This document shows positions 1 to 15,490 of a DNA stretch of 64,000 bases, piece after piece; positions within the stretch are counted from its first letter, which is position 1, and every line of letters begins with the position of its first letter. The notes beneath the pieces are model-generated. The model saw nothing but the letters and a program-made list of their open reading frames with translations. It was not told the origin of the DNA and did not search any database. The position numbers and the translations under genes were made by a program. Source of the stretch: Perna viridis (taxonomy: Eukaryota). The DNA is taken from contig CM074519.1 in assembly GCA_037379345.1 (NCBI GenBank), positions 36,048,103-36,112,102 on the forward strand, given 5' to 3'.

Positions 1-84
1 GATTTCTCCATGTACTTAACAGATTTTTCTTAAGAACTGTAAGTTTTAGTTGTTTAAACGAAGATTTTTATATTTATTTTTCAG

Positions 85-102
85 AATTACCAGCAGAAGA
101 AG
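85..102 (+). CDS. ATP2A: SERCA exon 2, 18-nt microexon (E)LPAEE(G)
   Basis: tttttcag|AATTACCAGCAGAAGAAG|gtatgt; ELPAEEG is the canonical SERCA N-terminal motif. Confidence 0.93.
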
Positions 103-2201
103 GTATGTTTTCATGTAACGAATGTTATCATTTAGTTGTACGTTTGATCATTTGAATGCTACTTCCCTTTCCTGTGTAAACACTGAACACGTTTTGACCC
201 CTACTACACTCACGCCTGTCAGAGATTTCTAATGAACATTTTAATGTACCATATTAAAAAAACAATTCTTAATAATGCTTTTCCATAAGAAACCACTGAT
301 ATAGGTGATGTTACAAAATGATAGAGAAACCATAAATTGGGATAATGAAAAGATTGGATGTTAGATTTTGATCATGCCCTTAGCTACCTGTCTTAATATC
401 CAGTACATTTACTCATGATAGCACACAGTAACAATTGCACATTGATGATATTGATTTAATGCCTGAACATTTTGTGTTGATAAAATTAATAAATAAGTCC
501 ACATATATTTTGTACATGTATGCTTATTTCTTACACATGTACATTGAACATGTGTGTAAAACTACTGTATACTGTAGGTCTTTAAATGTAAGTTAAGAGA
601 TATTATAAGACTATTCTCTATTCTGAACATCCGGGCACCACAAGATCTAGATGTAGCCAGGTGAACCTTCATATACTGCTGTAGGTTCAATGTTCCTTTG
701 GTAAATACTAGTTGAACCCCGAAAGAAAATTAAAAACCTGTAGCTACTATTCTCTTTATTATTAAAAACTCATCTTTTAAATGATCATTTGAACAGAACT
801 TCCAGAGCATTCAACTTCTAAATTTTTTTATGATTGAAAAAAAAATTCCATTTCGGCACATGGGCTTGGTAGTTCTGAATGGCTTTTGGTCAGTTTGAAT
901 TCCTTCAAATGACCAATCAAATTAAAGTGTGACGTCACACCAAAAGTGAGGAACAGAGCTGTAAGGTATATGGAGGGAGCTGTTCATGATAAGGGCTAAG
1001 TCTTACTTTTGATGTACACATCTTTTTACTAAAATTTGAAGAGGGAGACGATTAAGATTAACATTTTCGACTGAAGCCTATTCATGTAAAATTTTAAATT
1101 ACTGATTAAAAACATTGGTAGAAGATGTACATTTTTTGTTCATTGTACATTGTATTTTTGACTTTAATAATTAATAACTCCACATTTCTTTCTAAACTGT
1201 TCTAAAAAAAATACATATATGTACATGTATAACTGCATATATTGTAACATGTTCCTTGCATGTTAAAGCACCCTGCTGTGGTTTTCAACATAAGCAGGAG
1301 CGGCTGCTTTTAACAGAAGGCTAAATTACATGTGTTTCAGAAAATTTTGTTACATGTATGCCATATGGCTGTCTTCTAATGAATTTCAATATGATTAAAA
1401 AAATACACTGATGTAAAGCAATAAATTGCCTGGTAGACAAAACAGATTATTGTAGTTGACCTACAAAACGCGTGCATGTATAGCAGTACACTACATTTGT
1501 ACCTTTACAGTACATGTATGTACATGTTTTAACTACATGTATATGTATTTCATTTGGTTTGAACATCTGAGTGTAAATATACATGTGTTGGGTGGATGTT
1601 CATGGAAGAGCCTACAAGGCATAAGGTACTGTACATTTTTATCCTTTTTTAAAATCAGGCACAGATTCAAGGTGCATGTACATTTTTTTTTTAGCAGACC
1701 TGACTTACACAATCCTTAAGGACTATTTAAGTGCAATTCATAAATGATATACAAAATATGCATATGAACTGTGTAAGATGCTATCCCAGCTACGTGTAGT
1801 GCTAATACACCTTATCCATAATCCCAGTTTGTGTAAATTTTGGGTTTTTTTTTGTGTGTACTCTTTAATGTACATGTACATAAAAACATCTGTAATTTCT
1901 GTATTTCTTAAAAGTGGAAAGGAATTGCACTTCATAATAGTATTGTACCTGTCACTTTATCACTTAGTTGGGGTAAATATGTTCTGTTTTTTTATTTGTA
2001 CATGTGCCTCCATTCTTAATTCATAATGTTTTAACAAGTTCTTATTTTATCCTGCATACAAAATGCAAGTCATCATCTGACATTATGATACAAGTTGTAC
2101 ATGTTGCTTTCTGCTACTGCTAAATATAATGAACCATATTTTGCATTGCTTGAAGATTTACATTGTATGGTATCAATCATTTTATCTGATGTATTTTGCA
2201 G

Positions 2202-2284
2202 GTAAACCTCTCTGGGAACTAATTCTAGAGCAATTCGATGATTTATTAGTAAAGATTCTTTTATTAGCTGCTGTAATATCTTTT
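2202..2284 (+). CDS. ATP2A: SERCA exon 3 ([28 protein letters not shown]), M1
   Basis: ttttgcag| ... |gtaagt, 83 nt. Confidence 0.96.
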
Positions 2285-3000
2285 GTAAGTATTTTATTAA
2301 TATAATTGTAGAGCTGTCATCAATAACTTCCACTATGATAAGTGTTCAGATTGAGGTTGAAGTACAATTGTTTTGTAAGCGCTCACCCACTAGTCTATAG
2401 CAAGCTGATCTCTTAATGGCCAAGTTTAATTCAAATAGAGCTTGCCCAATGTACTTCTTGCAGTCAATCATTTTACTTGCTTCAATACTTACAGCCTGCC
2501 CTGTGGTGTGAGGGTTTCCTCGTCATTTATTGAAGACCCTTGGGTGGCCTTGATCTTTTTCATTCCATTGGGGTTGTTTAAGTATAACTTGCCCACTTAA
2601 CCAGTCAGATTTCTACTTCTGCATACATGTACATATACATTTACAATACATACGTGTAGTAAAGCACTTTTTCTTACAGTGCTGCATTAAGCACATGTAT
2701 ATTTACATACATGTATGTGTACATGTATTTACAGTATAAGATTCAATCAGAACTGTTAAAACCTATTGGATATTGTCCATCATAAATGCCCTGTACACTT
2801 CAGTACACATTTACCAAGGTGCATGCAGTATTTCAGGTAATTTACATTTTGAAATCACAATTTAGTAATATCAAACCTTTGACGGGCACACTAGACCACA
2901 AGGCTACTTGTAGCTGATAAAAAGAACCAATAGCCCTGAGTGCTAAAATGCTATTCTTGAGTTTTACTGAAATAGAGCTTTTACCGGTAGTAGCCTTCTC

Positions 3001-3268
3001 CAATATTTACTAACCTCAGGTCATCAGACTTGTTAGCAACATTTTATAATGTCTGTAATCCAGTGATTATGAAAAGACATGTACAGGGTATATCATGCAA
3101 GTTGAAACAAAGGAATCAGACTGTCAAATCATATAGCATATGCTAAGAAATTCTAATGTACATGTATGTATTTCATAATCATTAATCATTCGATTACAGA
3201 CATTATAAAATGTTGCTAAACAATTTGAGGTTTGTTTTGTTTTTACAATGTAGGTAGGGTAATATTGA
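3001..3268. repeat. Foldback or inverted repeat just upstream of exon 4
   Basis: Perfect 28-bp inverted pair at 3033-3060 and 3192-3219, with weaker pairing on both sides. Confidence 0.75.
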
Positions 3269-3295
3269 TGGTAAACATTCTTAGATTTGTTTTAA

Positions 3296-3460
<165 letters not shown>

Positions 3461-3770
3461 TAAGCCTAATGTACATCTTTGATTTCTGTGCATTTCTATA
3501 CTTTTTACAGCATGTAGAAGAGCCATTTTTATCAAAATTGAAGTAAATGTACATTGTGCATGTGTACATTTATAGATACATTGTACATTATTGTACGGTA
3601 CAGTGCATTTGTAAATTGCAGGGGCCCATGCAGACATTTAGAAGGGATGTTTTCATGACAATATTTGCTCATTATTGTCCAAATTTTGTGTGAAAATCAC
3701 AAAATCAGACACGACAACCCTAATGCCCACCCCCTAGTTCCACTGCTGCATTGCTCTTTCCCAACTGATG

Positions 3771-4486
3771 CAGGGATTGATTTTCCCATTTCTTACCACT
3801 TGCTAAAAATAGCAAGTGCTATGTTTTTCAACTTGCTAAAATAAATTGTCACTTGCTCAATTTTTTAGTATGTAGTAATATTAAACAATTTAAACAGCTA
3901 AAATACAATCAAAAGACAACAAACAACTATTGGTTAGGGCCATAAGGGACAGTATTTGGCGTCTTTGTTTTCTGTTCATTATATCATCAGCGTGTAACAA
4001 ATGGCCTTGACTCGTAACTGTTCAGTGCCTTCCACTCATGTCAATTCTCATTAAATGATTTGAAATTCCTTCCCCCATTTCCTAACAGTCTTTAAAGAAG
4101 CATTAACAACTTGATTAATGAAAATGTTGTTGTTATTGTCCGGCTGGCTTGTGGTGCCACTATCTGCATGATCTAAGCCTACTTCTGAGAGTTTCTGTTT
4201 GTTAGTTATTTAGAAAAGCTGTGATTTGTCGACTCGTGCTGGCATAATAAATATTGACCTTTCAAGGCCATTTAATTTTCTTGTGTATTACCTGGTCAGT
4301 AAAATGCTTTAAGGCAAGAGAAATAACCCTTGTATCAAGCATTCTAATGATCCTGACGCTGGAAAGTGAAACTTGGCATTTAAAAAAAAACACTTGCTAA
4401 AATTTGCCGGTATGATGTAGCTTCAACTCGCTAAATTGAAATTCCACTCGCATTTAGCGAGTATTTCCAGTAAAATTTGATCCCTG
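3771..4486. mobile_element. Non-autonomous hAT-like DNA transposon, about 716 bp
   Basis: CAGGGAT...ATCCCTG termini, repeated subterminal ACTYGCTAAA motifs at both ends, flanks ctgatg/ttgatg. Confidence 0.6.
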
Positions 4487-7400
4487 TTGATGACTTCTTT
4501 TTTTTTTTTTTTTTTTTTTTTAATAAAATCAAAAATATGTACATGTAACTTTGGTAATGTATGACAATGTACTGAAAGTGCATTGTAATATATTAATGTT
4601 CATACAATGTATTTACATGTACATGCACATATAAGCCCTGTAAATCTAATTTAATGAACACTTGGCTGTACATGTTGTAAACCATGCAATTTGACTCACA
4701 AATATGTGATTTTGTTTAGTTTCAAAATTTTACCTTTTTTGTATCCCCCCCAAAAAACCAACAGATTTACATATTTATTGTACGGCAAAAGTTTTAAATA
4801 TCTCTTGTTACATGTACATACCACAGTTATTGTTCAGGCCTCTTACATCATTGTACTATTGTATGTAAGGTCTGGTCTTGTATGTGCAAGCTATTGAAAT
4901 TTTGTTGTAATTTAAATTTTTTATTTTGTGAACATAAACAACAAACATTGATCTTGTTGTAGATTGAAGATCTTGTTAACGATTTAAATCAAATACCCTT
5001 ATAAAATATCTAGTAAGACATGAAGAATTGATATTTTTTTATTTTATTTTGAAATTAAAACTTACGTTAATTTTAAATAGAAATAAATGTACAAATGTAT
5101 GTATGGCTAGTGTACACTATTTCTTTCTGTTTTCTACATTTATGTACAGTAATACATGCAGGCTTCAGTGATACATTACAACCAAACATGTAAACATGTC
5201 AGTAAAGTGCTAGCCGCCCAGAACAATTTTGATAGTCTTAAGTGCATTTATGTAAAATTCAATTAATTAGACGACAGCTTCTTTTAATATTAAGAACAAA
5301 CTTTTGTACTCCCCTGACAATTTTTAGCCATTTGTTAGAAAGTTGGAGCTTCATTTTGTACATTATATACATGTATTAGATGGAAACCCCAAATTTCTGG
5401 TTGGCAGCTTAGACAGTTGACTACTTATTAGAATTTTGCTCTACATGTACAGTACATGTTTGTACTATGCAACTGTAAGTTTGTATCTCTTTGCCAAAAT
5501 TTATTAATTTAGGACTTTTTTCGCCATTTTCTTGTTTTTTTTTATTGTATAAGAAATGAAATTGATTCTTAAAAAATTTTTTAAAAATGGGGTGTACATG
5601 TACCTCCATCATTAATTACTTGAAAATCATGAATAACCAATCATATTCTTAATAGCAAACTATGGCAGACCTTTCTCCTAACAATTAATTTCCTGTTAAG
5701 CCAGATTATTGCTGTATATTTACTGCATCTGTACAACATACGTTGATAGCATAACTACTCTCAAAGAAGTCTGGTACTCAGTAATTTTCAAAACAACATT
5801 CACAGGGCATTAATCTACAGACATTTATGCCTCATTTCTAGGAAACTCAAGTTTGTGTCGATTGATCTCGCTCAAGGTGATGTGAAGTTCATTAGCGACA
5901 GAATTGTTCTTGTACAGCATTTAACTGTTGCCTAGCAACCAATGTAAACAACATCTTTTTCACACCTCACAATTGGCAGGATTAATTATCACACTTGATT
6001 TTGTTTCCCCAGAATATCAGCTCCTAATTTACAGAGTAATTCAAATCATACTCCCTAAGAAAAAAGGATCTACAGTTAGTTAATTTTTCTATGACACAAC
6101 GAAGTGTGAAGTCAAAAATTCAAGTCTGATGTGATGTATATAAGTCATCATGTGAAGTAATCAATCATTTCTCTGAAGAATGAGCTACAATGTTGTTGTA
6201 CCTGAAGAATATGCAAAAAATATTCACACACAAGTACATGTAGTGATGTACTTGGAGGAGAATACTGTAAAAGGTATTTATACACATGCACATGTACATG
6301 TACATTTGTACTTGAAGTCTAAATGTACATTGTATTTATACACATGTACATATTTAAACATGGTCTAGGACTGCAGTGTTATCTAATTAAGTAATAGGCA
6401 GGAACAGGAATTGCATGGTAATTGATTATGTATCAAGGTTTGCTGACTTTGAAACCAGAAGATGAAGGTCATGAAGTGGCTCTTTTTTTCCTGTTCAGCA
6501 TATGTTTAATGCGTTTTCTGTTATTACAAGGTTGTTACACATTAGTGCATGGGATGTAACAGAAATAGAACACCAGATAAGATTATAAGCATTCTTTAGC
6601 AGTTACGATTTGACGTCATGCCCCTCTGTATAATTGATTCCAGTTGGTTAAATTATGACCCCTCTCTAAAAATTTACAATTTGACGTCAGTATGGTTAGG
6701 TATTGTAATAAATATTCATAGGTTTTATTTGCCTAGCTCCTCAATAAGTTTACCTTATCTTAGAACTTTTTCTTGTTTGATTCAGGGCTGTTTATTTTTA
6801 TCTGTGATTCTTGTTTATAACACATTCAGCTATATTTATTGTATTTATTTAAGATTTGAGCAATGCTCAATTTCGTACCTTGCAAGATCTGAACTAAAAT
6901 AGAAAGTATTTGTAGTTTTCAGTAATCAATATACATACACAAGTACATGCTGTATTCCTGATGCTGTCTGTTGAGTGAAAATTTAATTGGTACACTGTAA
7001 CAGAGTTTAGTACTTATGCTTAGGAATTCTATAATTTGAACATAGTTGTGCTACTGTCACTGTGGTATACAGAATATGCACGAATGTCCTCCACATAAAT
7101 ACATTATGTATGAAATAGAACAGTGTATACAGGCATAGCTAGCTCTAAAAGCTTGTCTCCAAAAACAACACAGTGCTCATTGTGCATTTAAACTGAAATT
7201 CATTTTTAAAAAGCACAGTGCTGTAATGGCATCAGGAGAATTCTGAATGTACCCAGTAAGTGTACTTGTATACATGTACATGTAATATTTACATTTTGTC
7301 AAAAGAGTGTCTACTTGGACTTGATGACAAGCTTCTATTTGGTCCTCTTAACCAAATAATTTCAGAAAACGTTCATGCCTCCCTTCCTCTCTAATTTAGC

Positions 7401-7655
7401 TTATGCCATGTGTATATATACTTATAAATTCTTGATTTACACTAGTGTTGCCCAGTTAATAGCTTATTGCACGCTTTGTAATGATCCAATATAAATCTCA
7501 TCATCTTAATATAATCTCTTAGGCAGTTTTGTGTGTTGGCCAAATTATTCACCTTTGCATCTCTTTGATGTGAATGAACAGAGCTGGTGCAAGTGTTGCA
7601 TTGAAGGGTCATTCACTTTAGCACATTGATACAATATGAATAAGCTTGGTTTAAT

Positions 7656-7824
7656 TACTGTGAAAGTACGATTGTTTGTTGGGTACTAATTTCTGTGGTT
7701 TTCATGGGTAGGTCAAACCACAAAATTTGGTTCCCAACGAATAGTAGATTCTTATTGATGTGTATACTGGAAATTCAAAAACCACTAATTCATGAATCCA
7801 CAAACTTGTTTAACTTTCACAGTA
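7656..7824. mobile_element. TA-flanked MITE (Tc1/mariner-like ends)
   Basis: TACTGTGAAAGT ... ACTTTCACAGTA perfect terminal inverted repeat. Confidence 0.7.
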
Positions 7825-9808
7825 CATGCGTTTATTACATATGTGATATTGACGTAGTCTTGTACAATTAATGCCACATGTAATTGATTATAGTTACATG
7901 TACAAAATACATGTGCAGGTACTATGAAATTCTATATGTTCTATAAGTTATCAATTTTAACTTGGGACAGTTCTTTGAAATGTCTTTTTTAATTGTGGAT
8001 TCTTTTTTTTTGTGGTTTGTGGACCTGCATGTTCCTTTTGTATATGAAAGAAAAAATAGTTTTAATTTTGAATAATACATGTACATGAAGCCCTACAAAA
8101 CTTAGTGATATTTCTTTCTCAGTAACTGTTGTAATGACACAACTTTGTCCAGTACATTTATAAAATGCATGTATATGAAACATAATAAATTTACATGTAG
8201 GAGCCTGGGAACAATAGATTGATTGTACATTGGAACTGTAATTATGCCTCAGATTCCTAGGTCCTTTGACATTACAGCAGGTTTACAATATGTCATAGAA
8301 TCCTGGGTCCTGTGACACCATAGCAATTTAACATTATGTCCTAGATTTCCTGGGCCAATGACAAATGCCTTTACTTTAGTTATTGATCTCCATTGTAGTT
8401 GAATAGATTTATAATATTAGTGGGTGTTTAATAACAGATAACTAAAGGTAAAAATACCAGGGAACAGGTGCAAATACAGGTGTAACATGAAAATACATGT
8501 TTCTACTGAAAACAATTAATATTTTACCTTCAAAATGAGTGGTCACATGTACATGTACAGTAATTGTTTTTGTATTTTATGTATTTTTGTATAACAGAGG
8601 ACTCACCTTGTGTTTAATGTTTCTCTGTACTCTGATGTATCTTTGTAGCAATTTGCTTGGGTCCCATTAAAGTCATTGTAGAAGCATAGGCAGTCAATGA
8701 TATTGTTTCTCAATTTTCAATACCACAATGGTCAGACTTGGATTGATTTAGAGGTTGTAGACTTAAACTTTGCAGAAGAGGGGTGGGGCAGAAATATGCA
8801 TTTTCCAGATGTCAAGACAATAACTTGTTAATTGTTGGTCCAATTTTTATTTATTTTATAGGATTCTTTATGAAAATATCTGCCTGCATTGTTCAATCAG
8901 AATTCAGATATTACTTATGGTTTTCGAGTTGTAAGGAGTCAAAAGGGCTGCACCCCCAAAATTTGCTTTTTTTAATATTTGGTCTGATTTTGAAATTTAA
9001 AATAATTGGATTCCTTATGAAAAATCCTGTATGCATTTGTCAATCATGTCACAGATATCTCTAACGGTTTTATAAGCAGTCAAATGGGCAACACGAAAAA
9101 ATCAGGATCTTAATTTTTTATCTGAATTTGTGACCAAACCAGTTGTTGTTTCCTAATGAATTGTAAGTCCTTATGCGTAAGTGTGTCAAAAACTTCTAAT
9201 GTGTCCACACTTGCCCCATTTGTTCAGGGATTGACCACTGCAGTTGTATCATGCTGTGCTTAAGTTCTTAATTTTCTATAGTATTCAATGCATATTTATG
9301 AACTTCCTCACTATAGCATACCAGCTACATGTACAAGTACATGTCACATTCCAGTTGACCAAACATATAGATATACATGTACTTGTTAAGTGTTATTATT
9401 TTATATCATTAAACATAAAAATGTCCAATGGGTACTTAGTGGTCAATAAATAATGGAATGTGTCAAAACAATTTATTTTTTATAAGTATAGTGTACTACA
9501 AGTACTGCGGTTTAATGTTTGTTTACATTGTACAGTGTAACATTGTACAGTTCATATATGTAACAGTGGGAGAAGACTGTACAATCTGCTTCCATTTAGC
9601 CCTCAGTAATAAGTGTGACTCCTGTGAGTTGCTGTAATTACTGAGATCCAAAGGTTTTAAATATTTACATGTAAGGTACAAAATCTGTAGCATATGGTCA
9701 TCAAACATTTACTAGACTGAAAACAAATTACAGGACACAAAGAATTTAGAATATTTATATAAATCTTTAACAAAATTTTAATAATATTGAAAGACTATGT
9801 ACAGTGTG

Positions 9809-10209
9809 TTAAGTACCATTCCAGCTAAGAATCATGCAAAATGTGATTCATGGGTAAAAGCTTACATATTTTTATTTTTGATATTTTATTTGAATTGCCA
9901 TAGTAAACAGAAATTAACATTCAGTTTTTCATATAACCTGTGTTCTTAGGAGATAAAAATTATATAGAATACACTGTAGAGTTCAAAATTAAGGGAGATA
10001 ACTCTGCAAATGACACACAAATACAATAGAATCTATGGGATTTTCAATGTTGATTATCTCCTAAGAGCAGGCAGATTGGAATGAATAATTACACATTTCA
10101 TGGTATAGACCCATAATGCAATTTAATAACAAATATAAAAATATGTAGCCTTTGTTGGGGTGTCACATTTTTCAGATTTTGCATGATTCTTACAAATACA
10201 GCTACTTAA
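9809..10209 (+). mobile_element. About 400-bp TTAA-bounded MITE family, copy 1
   Basis: TTAAGTA..AAGAATCATGCAAAAT / ATTTTGCATGATTCTT..TACTTAA ends; homologous to 36399-36794 and 53632-54032. Confidence 0.85.
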
Positions 10210-12636
10210 AACATCAGTAGAAGCATGAAAACATTTCCACACAATATCGAGGCTGTTAGAATCATAGGTAATCTTGGGTACATGTACATGTAATGATTAC
10301 ACAGTCAATACTGATAGTTTTGGTGGGTGGAGGAAAGGGTTTAGGTTCTAACACTGAAGTAAAAAAAAACTTCTATTGAAGAAACCGACCTAATGCTTTT
10401 TAAAAACTTGCTCTCTTATATTGCTCAAGCTAGATGGGTGGGTTCCTAATGTGTGTGTAATAACTGTGTCGATCAAATGAATTTATTTTTACCCTTTGAA
10501 TGGAAATGTAAATAGATTATAGCATAAAGACAAGAATATTGTATTGATACTGGAGTTGGATGAACTATAATTCTCATTCAAAGATTTCATTTTAATATCA
10601 TGCCTATTACTTACTTCAGTTTCAATATTTACTCATGATCTAGCAATATTTGGGTACTTTTCGTTGTCAGTCAAAAACATTTTAAATTAATTTATACTCA
10701 AGACAGCAGTTAGAAGACCACTGTTTTCTTTATCTTACATCAAAAAGGGTAGTACATTTTTGTATCACTGGTGTGAGTGTCTTATATATAAATACTTGAA
10801 TATGTATTGTCTCTATTTGGCTGTAAGTGATGTTCATTGAGGTTGACTTAGTGGATATCTTTCTTTAGAAAACCTGGCTGGAAAACTTTATGTTGGTTGC
10901 TAGTCTGGTTTTGTTACAAGAACCGTATCAAACCTGTAGTTGTCATAAAGAGAACATTAAGTATGAATCAGGCTAAGCTTCTTCATACCATTGACTAATG
11001 TTTTCATGAGCTAGTAAATATACATTTTGAAATAAAACTTGGAAAACCTGTTCTCACTGTGAAAATAAGATGTTGTCTTGTAGAACATGTAAAGCAAGCT
11101 TTGAAAAAAAAAGACATTTATCTGTTAAATCTCTGCATCCTTTATGTGAAAACTTTATTTTGATTTTCCACTTCATCATACTAAAGGTATAAATAAAGCA
11201 TTATAAGCTCAATATAATGGTTGATTGTATACACCACAGCTTTTTGACCTTTCTCAATTCTAGACAGGTGTAAATATAATATACCTAAAATTGATTTCTG
11301 ATTATCCTCTAGAAGCTTTGATGTAAACACTTGCATGACTAAGATAGATTCAAGAAAGGGTGATCTTTTACATGCTTTGTTCTGACCTAGAATAAATTAT
11401 TTTGTTTACACCCTAAGGTGTTTTAATTTTATAGTGTTGAAAATTTAGTGAGAATTTGATGTTCCTTAACTTATGCACCTCTTGCATTTTTTAAGGTGGG
11501 AGATAAATGTTTTAAGATATGCTTTTCATTTACAATTGTATACTTAAAATATAAATGTAAAATTCACAGTCATTGACGACTTCTCTTAGACTTTTTACCA
11601 TTTTTTAAAATTCTTGCCAACTTAAATCTCCATTTCACCACCCAGATTATGCCCTGCTCTATATCTCTTTCCCCCTCCAACTTTTGAGTGTATCCAGAAG
11701 TTAAATGGTCAGTTAAATGGAAACATGAAGCTTTAATGTCTTTGTGAATTTGTTTGTCTTCCTCCTGCCATTTTCTCATGTTGCCAAAAATAATCAAAGA
11801 CCTGCAGAATCTTGATGTAAGCACTGTCTACACTGTCATTCTGACAGAAGAACTTTCCTTCCCTTTTTCCTTGTAGCCAAAAGAAATGGCAGACATAAGA
11901 AATTTTGAGGATATTAACTGTCTAATGCACTGCCCTTCTCTAAACAAGAAACACTTGCTGCATTAATTAGCTTGGCAGTTGCTACATGTAGAGATGTACA
12001 TGTAACATTATGTAATGACAGATGAATCTCATAAGCTAATTGTTTCCTCTCTATTTAGTACATCAAATCTTGGTGTCCTTCAGAAATCTAGTATCTTTTT
12101 GATGGCACAGAATTTAACCCTATTTTATTATGATAAGTTACACATGTGTTAGTCTGAAGAAAGAGCATTAATTAAGTACTAATTGTTAAGTCTCTGAACA
12201 AACAAGATTATTGACTCTAAATAAACAGAAATCTTTGTGAAAAAGGAACAATTATTGAATGTAAGGGGCAGTGGGAAATTTCCTTAACCATATGGGAAAA
12301 TTTACATTTTGTAAGCTCATTTTTGGTTATATCAGACTGACAAGAACCACTGGTACCAGCAGTGTCTGTTATACATGTATATTAGTAGGACTAGAGTAGG
12401 CCTTTGCAACAAAAATTACAAGAGCAAACTCTCAGATTCAAATGTTAAATTTGATTTGTATTGATATAAAGACTCCAAAAGATGAGAGAAAAAAATGCTC
12501 AAATATTGTTTGTAGAAAATCAAACTTTACAAAAAGTATGTTGGTACCATGTTTAACCTTAATTGCCATGAGAAAGATTTTACTTCTTATAGAAGTTGCA
12601 ACCAGTCATGTCTTAGACATGATGATGTTATAGTAA

Positions 12637-13786
<1,150 letters not shown>

Positions 13787-14562
13787 TCTCCGATAGGAAA
13801 ATTATTGGGATGGGGGAAAAACAGACTTCTTTGAGGGATTTTATTAAGTTTTCCTTGAATAAGTTGGAAGAAATGGAATACTATTTAGTTCTGCAGACAA
13901 AATCTCTACTGACTGTATTATACCAAGGTTAAAGAGGACAGGAACAATGACCCAGAAAATTTTGCTGGTAATTATTTAGGTTTTCTGTTGATTTAAAGGT
14001 GATCCTTGGTTTTTTTAATGAAAAGAATCCAAATAGTGGTATATAAGAATTAGAGGCTAGTAAGTTGATTACTTGTGAAACATATGATGTACATGTATAA
14101 GAGCTGGTCAGTTTTCATTTGTGTTACATAACTGCTATAGTACATGTAGTTATATACAAGTCAATAAGATAAAGATACCTTTTAATACCAAGTGAATTAA
14201 TACTGACATAAGTTGGTTACAGTTTTTATCTCTTCATTATTATGTGGAAAGAAAGGATGTAATAGGTATATCAGAAATGGAAAATGGTAATAGAAAATTA
14301 GAAATTCATTTTGTTTTTAATTTTACACTTTACAAAATCTTTCTGTATGAGGATTTCTTTTAATACTTGAAGGTAAATTTCTTCTACATAAATAACAAAT
14401 TATATTGACATGGGCTAGAGGCCGTCTCACTCTGTTCAAGTGCCTGTATGGGTTGAACTATAATTCTTGTTCTTTAAATGGTAGATTTTCTTGTGCTTTG
14501 CCTTGAGATATGATATTAAGTTAAATGATGGAATAGGGCCTGGTCTAGAAAAAAAACTCTGA

Positions 14563-14817
<255 letters not shown>

Positions 14818-15149
14818 TGAATGTGAAAAGATCTGTGCACCAGATTATATAACATTATCAATTTTCATTTAAATTAAAACCACCAGGGTGTCCATCCAAA
14901 CTATCCTGAGTATGAAAATTCTATGTAGCTTTTAGACAAAGGTCATATCCCTTTACACAGGTATAATAATCTGTACAGTGCCAATATTTCCTGCATCTGT
15001 ACAAGACAATAAACATTCAACCTGTACAGCATGCATACCTTATCTCAGTATTTCCTGTACCACACATGCTGATATCAGCCTTAATGCAGATAACAATATG
15101 TGTAGATGTAGTGTTTTGCAAACATCTGAATTTTATTTTTTCTTCTTAA

Positions 15150-15490
15150 GGTTGGCCCTACCCAAAATAGCCCTATGCCATCAGTGAGATATTATTGGTC
15201 TCTTCTTTAGAACTAGCCCTACTCAAGTTGTATTAGGCCAACAGTAATTTTTTGTTTCTTTCTTCTTTAAGTAGTATAAGGCCAACATGAAAATATTATT
15301 GGTCTCTTCTTTTAATTGGCCCAGCCCAAATAGTATTATGCCGACATTAAAATATTGTTGGTTTCTTTTATAAATTGGCTCTACACAAATATAACTTCAG
15401 GCCAAAATTCAAATTTTGTTGGTTTCTTTTTTAAATTGGCCCAACCCAAATAGTATTAGGCAAACATTAAAATATTATTTGTTACTTCTT
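15150..15490. repeat. Degenerate tandem repeat of about 60 bp, about 5 copies
   Basis: Recurring aattggccca.cccaaatagtatta.gcc.acattaaaatatt.ttgg. Confidence 0.7.

Noticed and set aside
11570-11824. Antisense 84-aa ORF as a nested gene or SERCA-regulating micropeptide
   Set aside because: No single-TM sarcolamban or phospholamban-like pattern and no gene signals.
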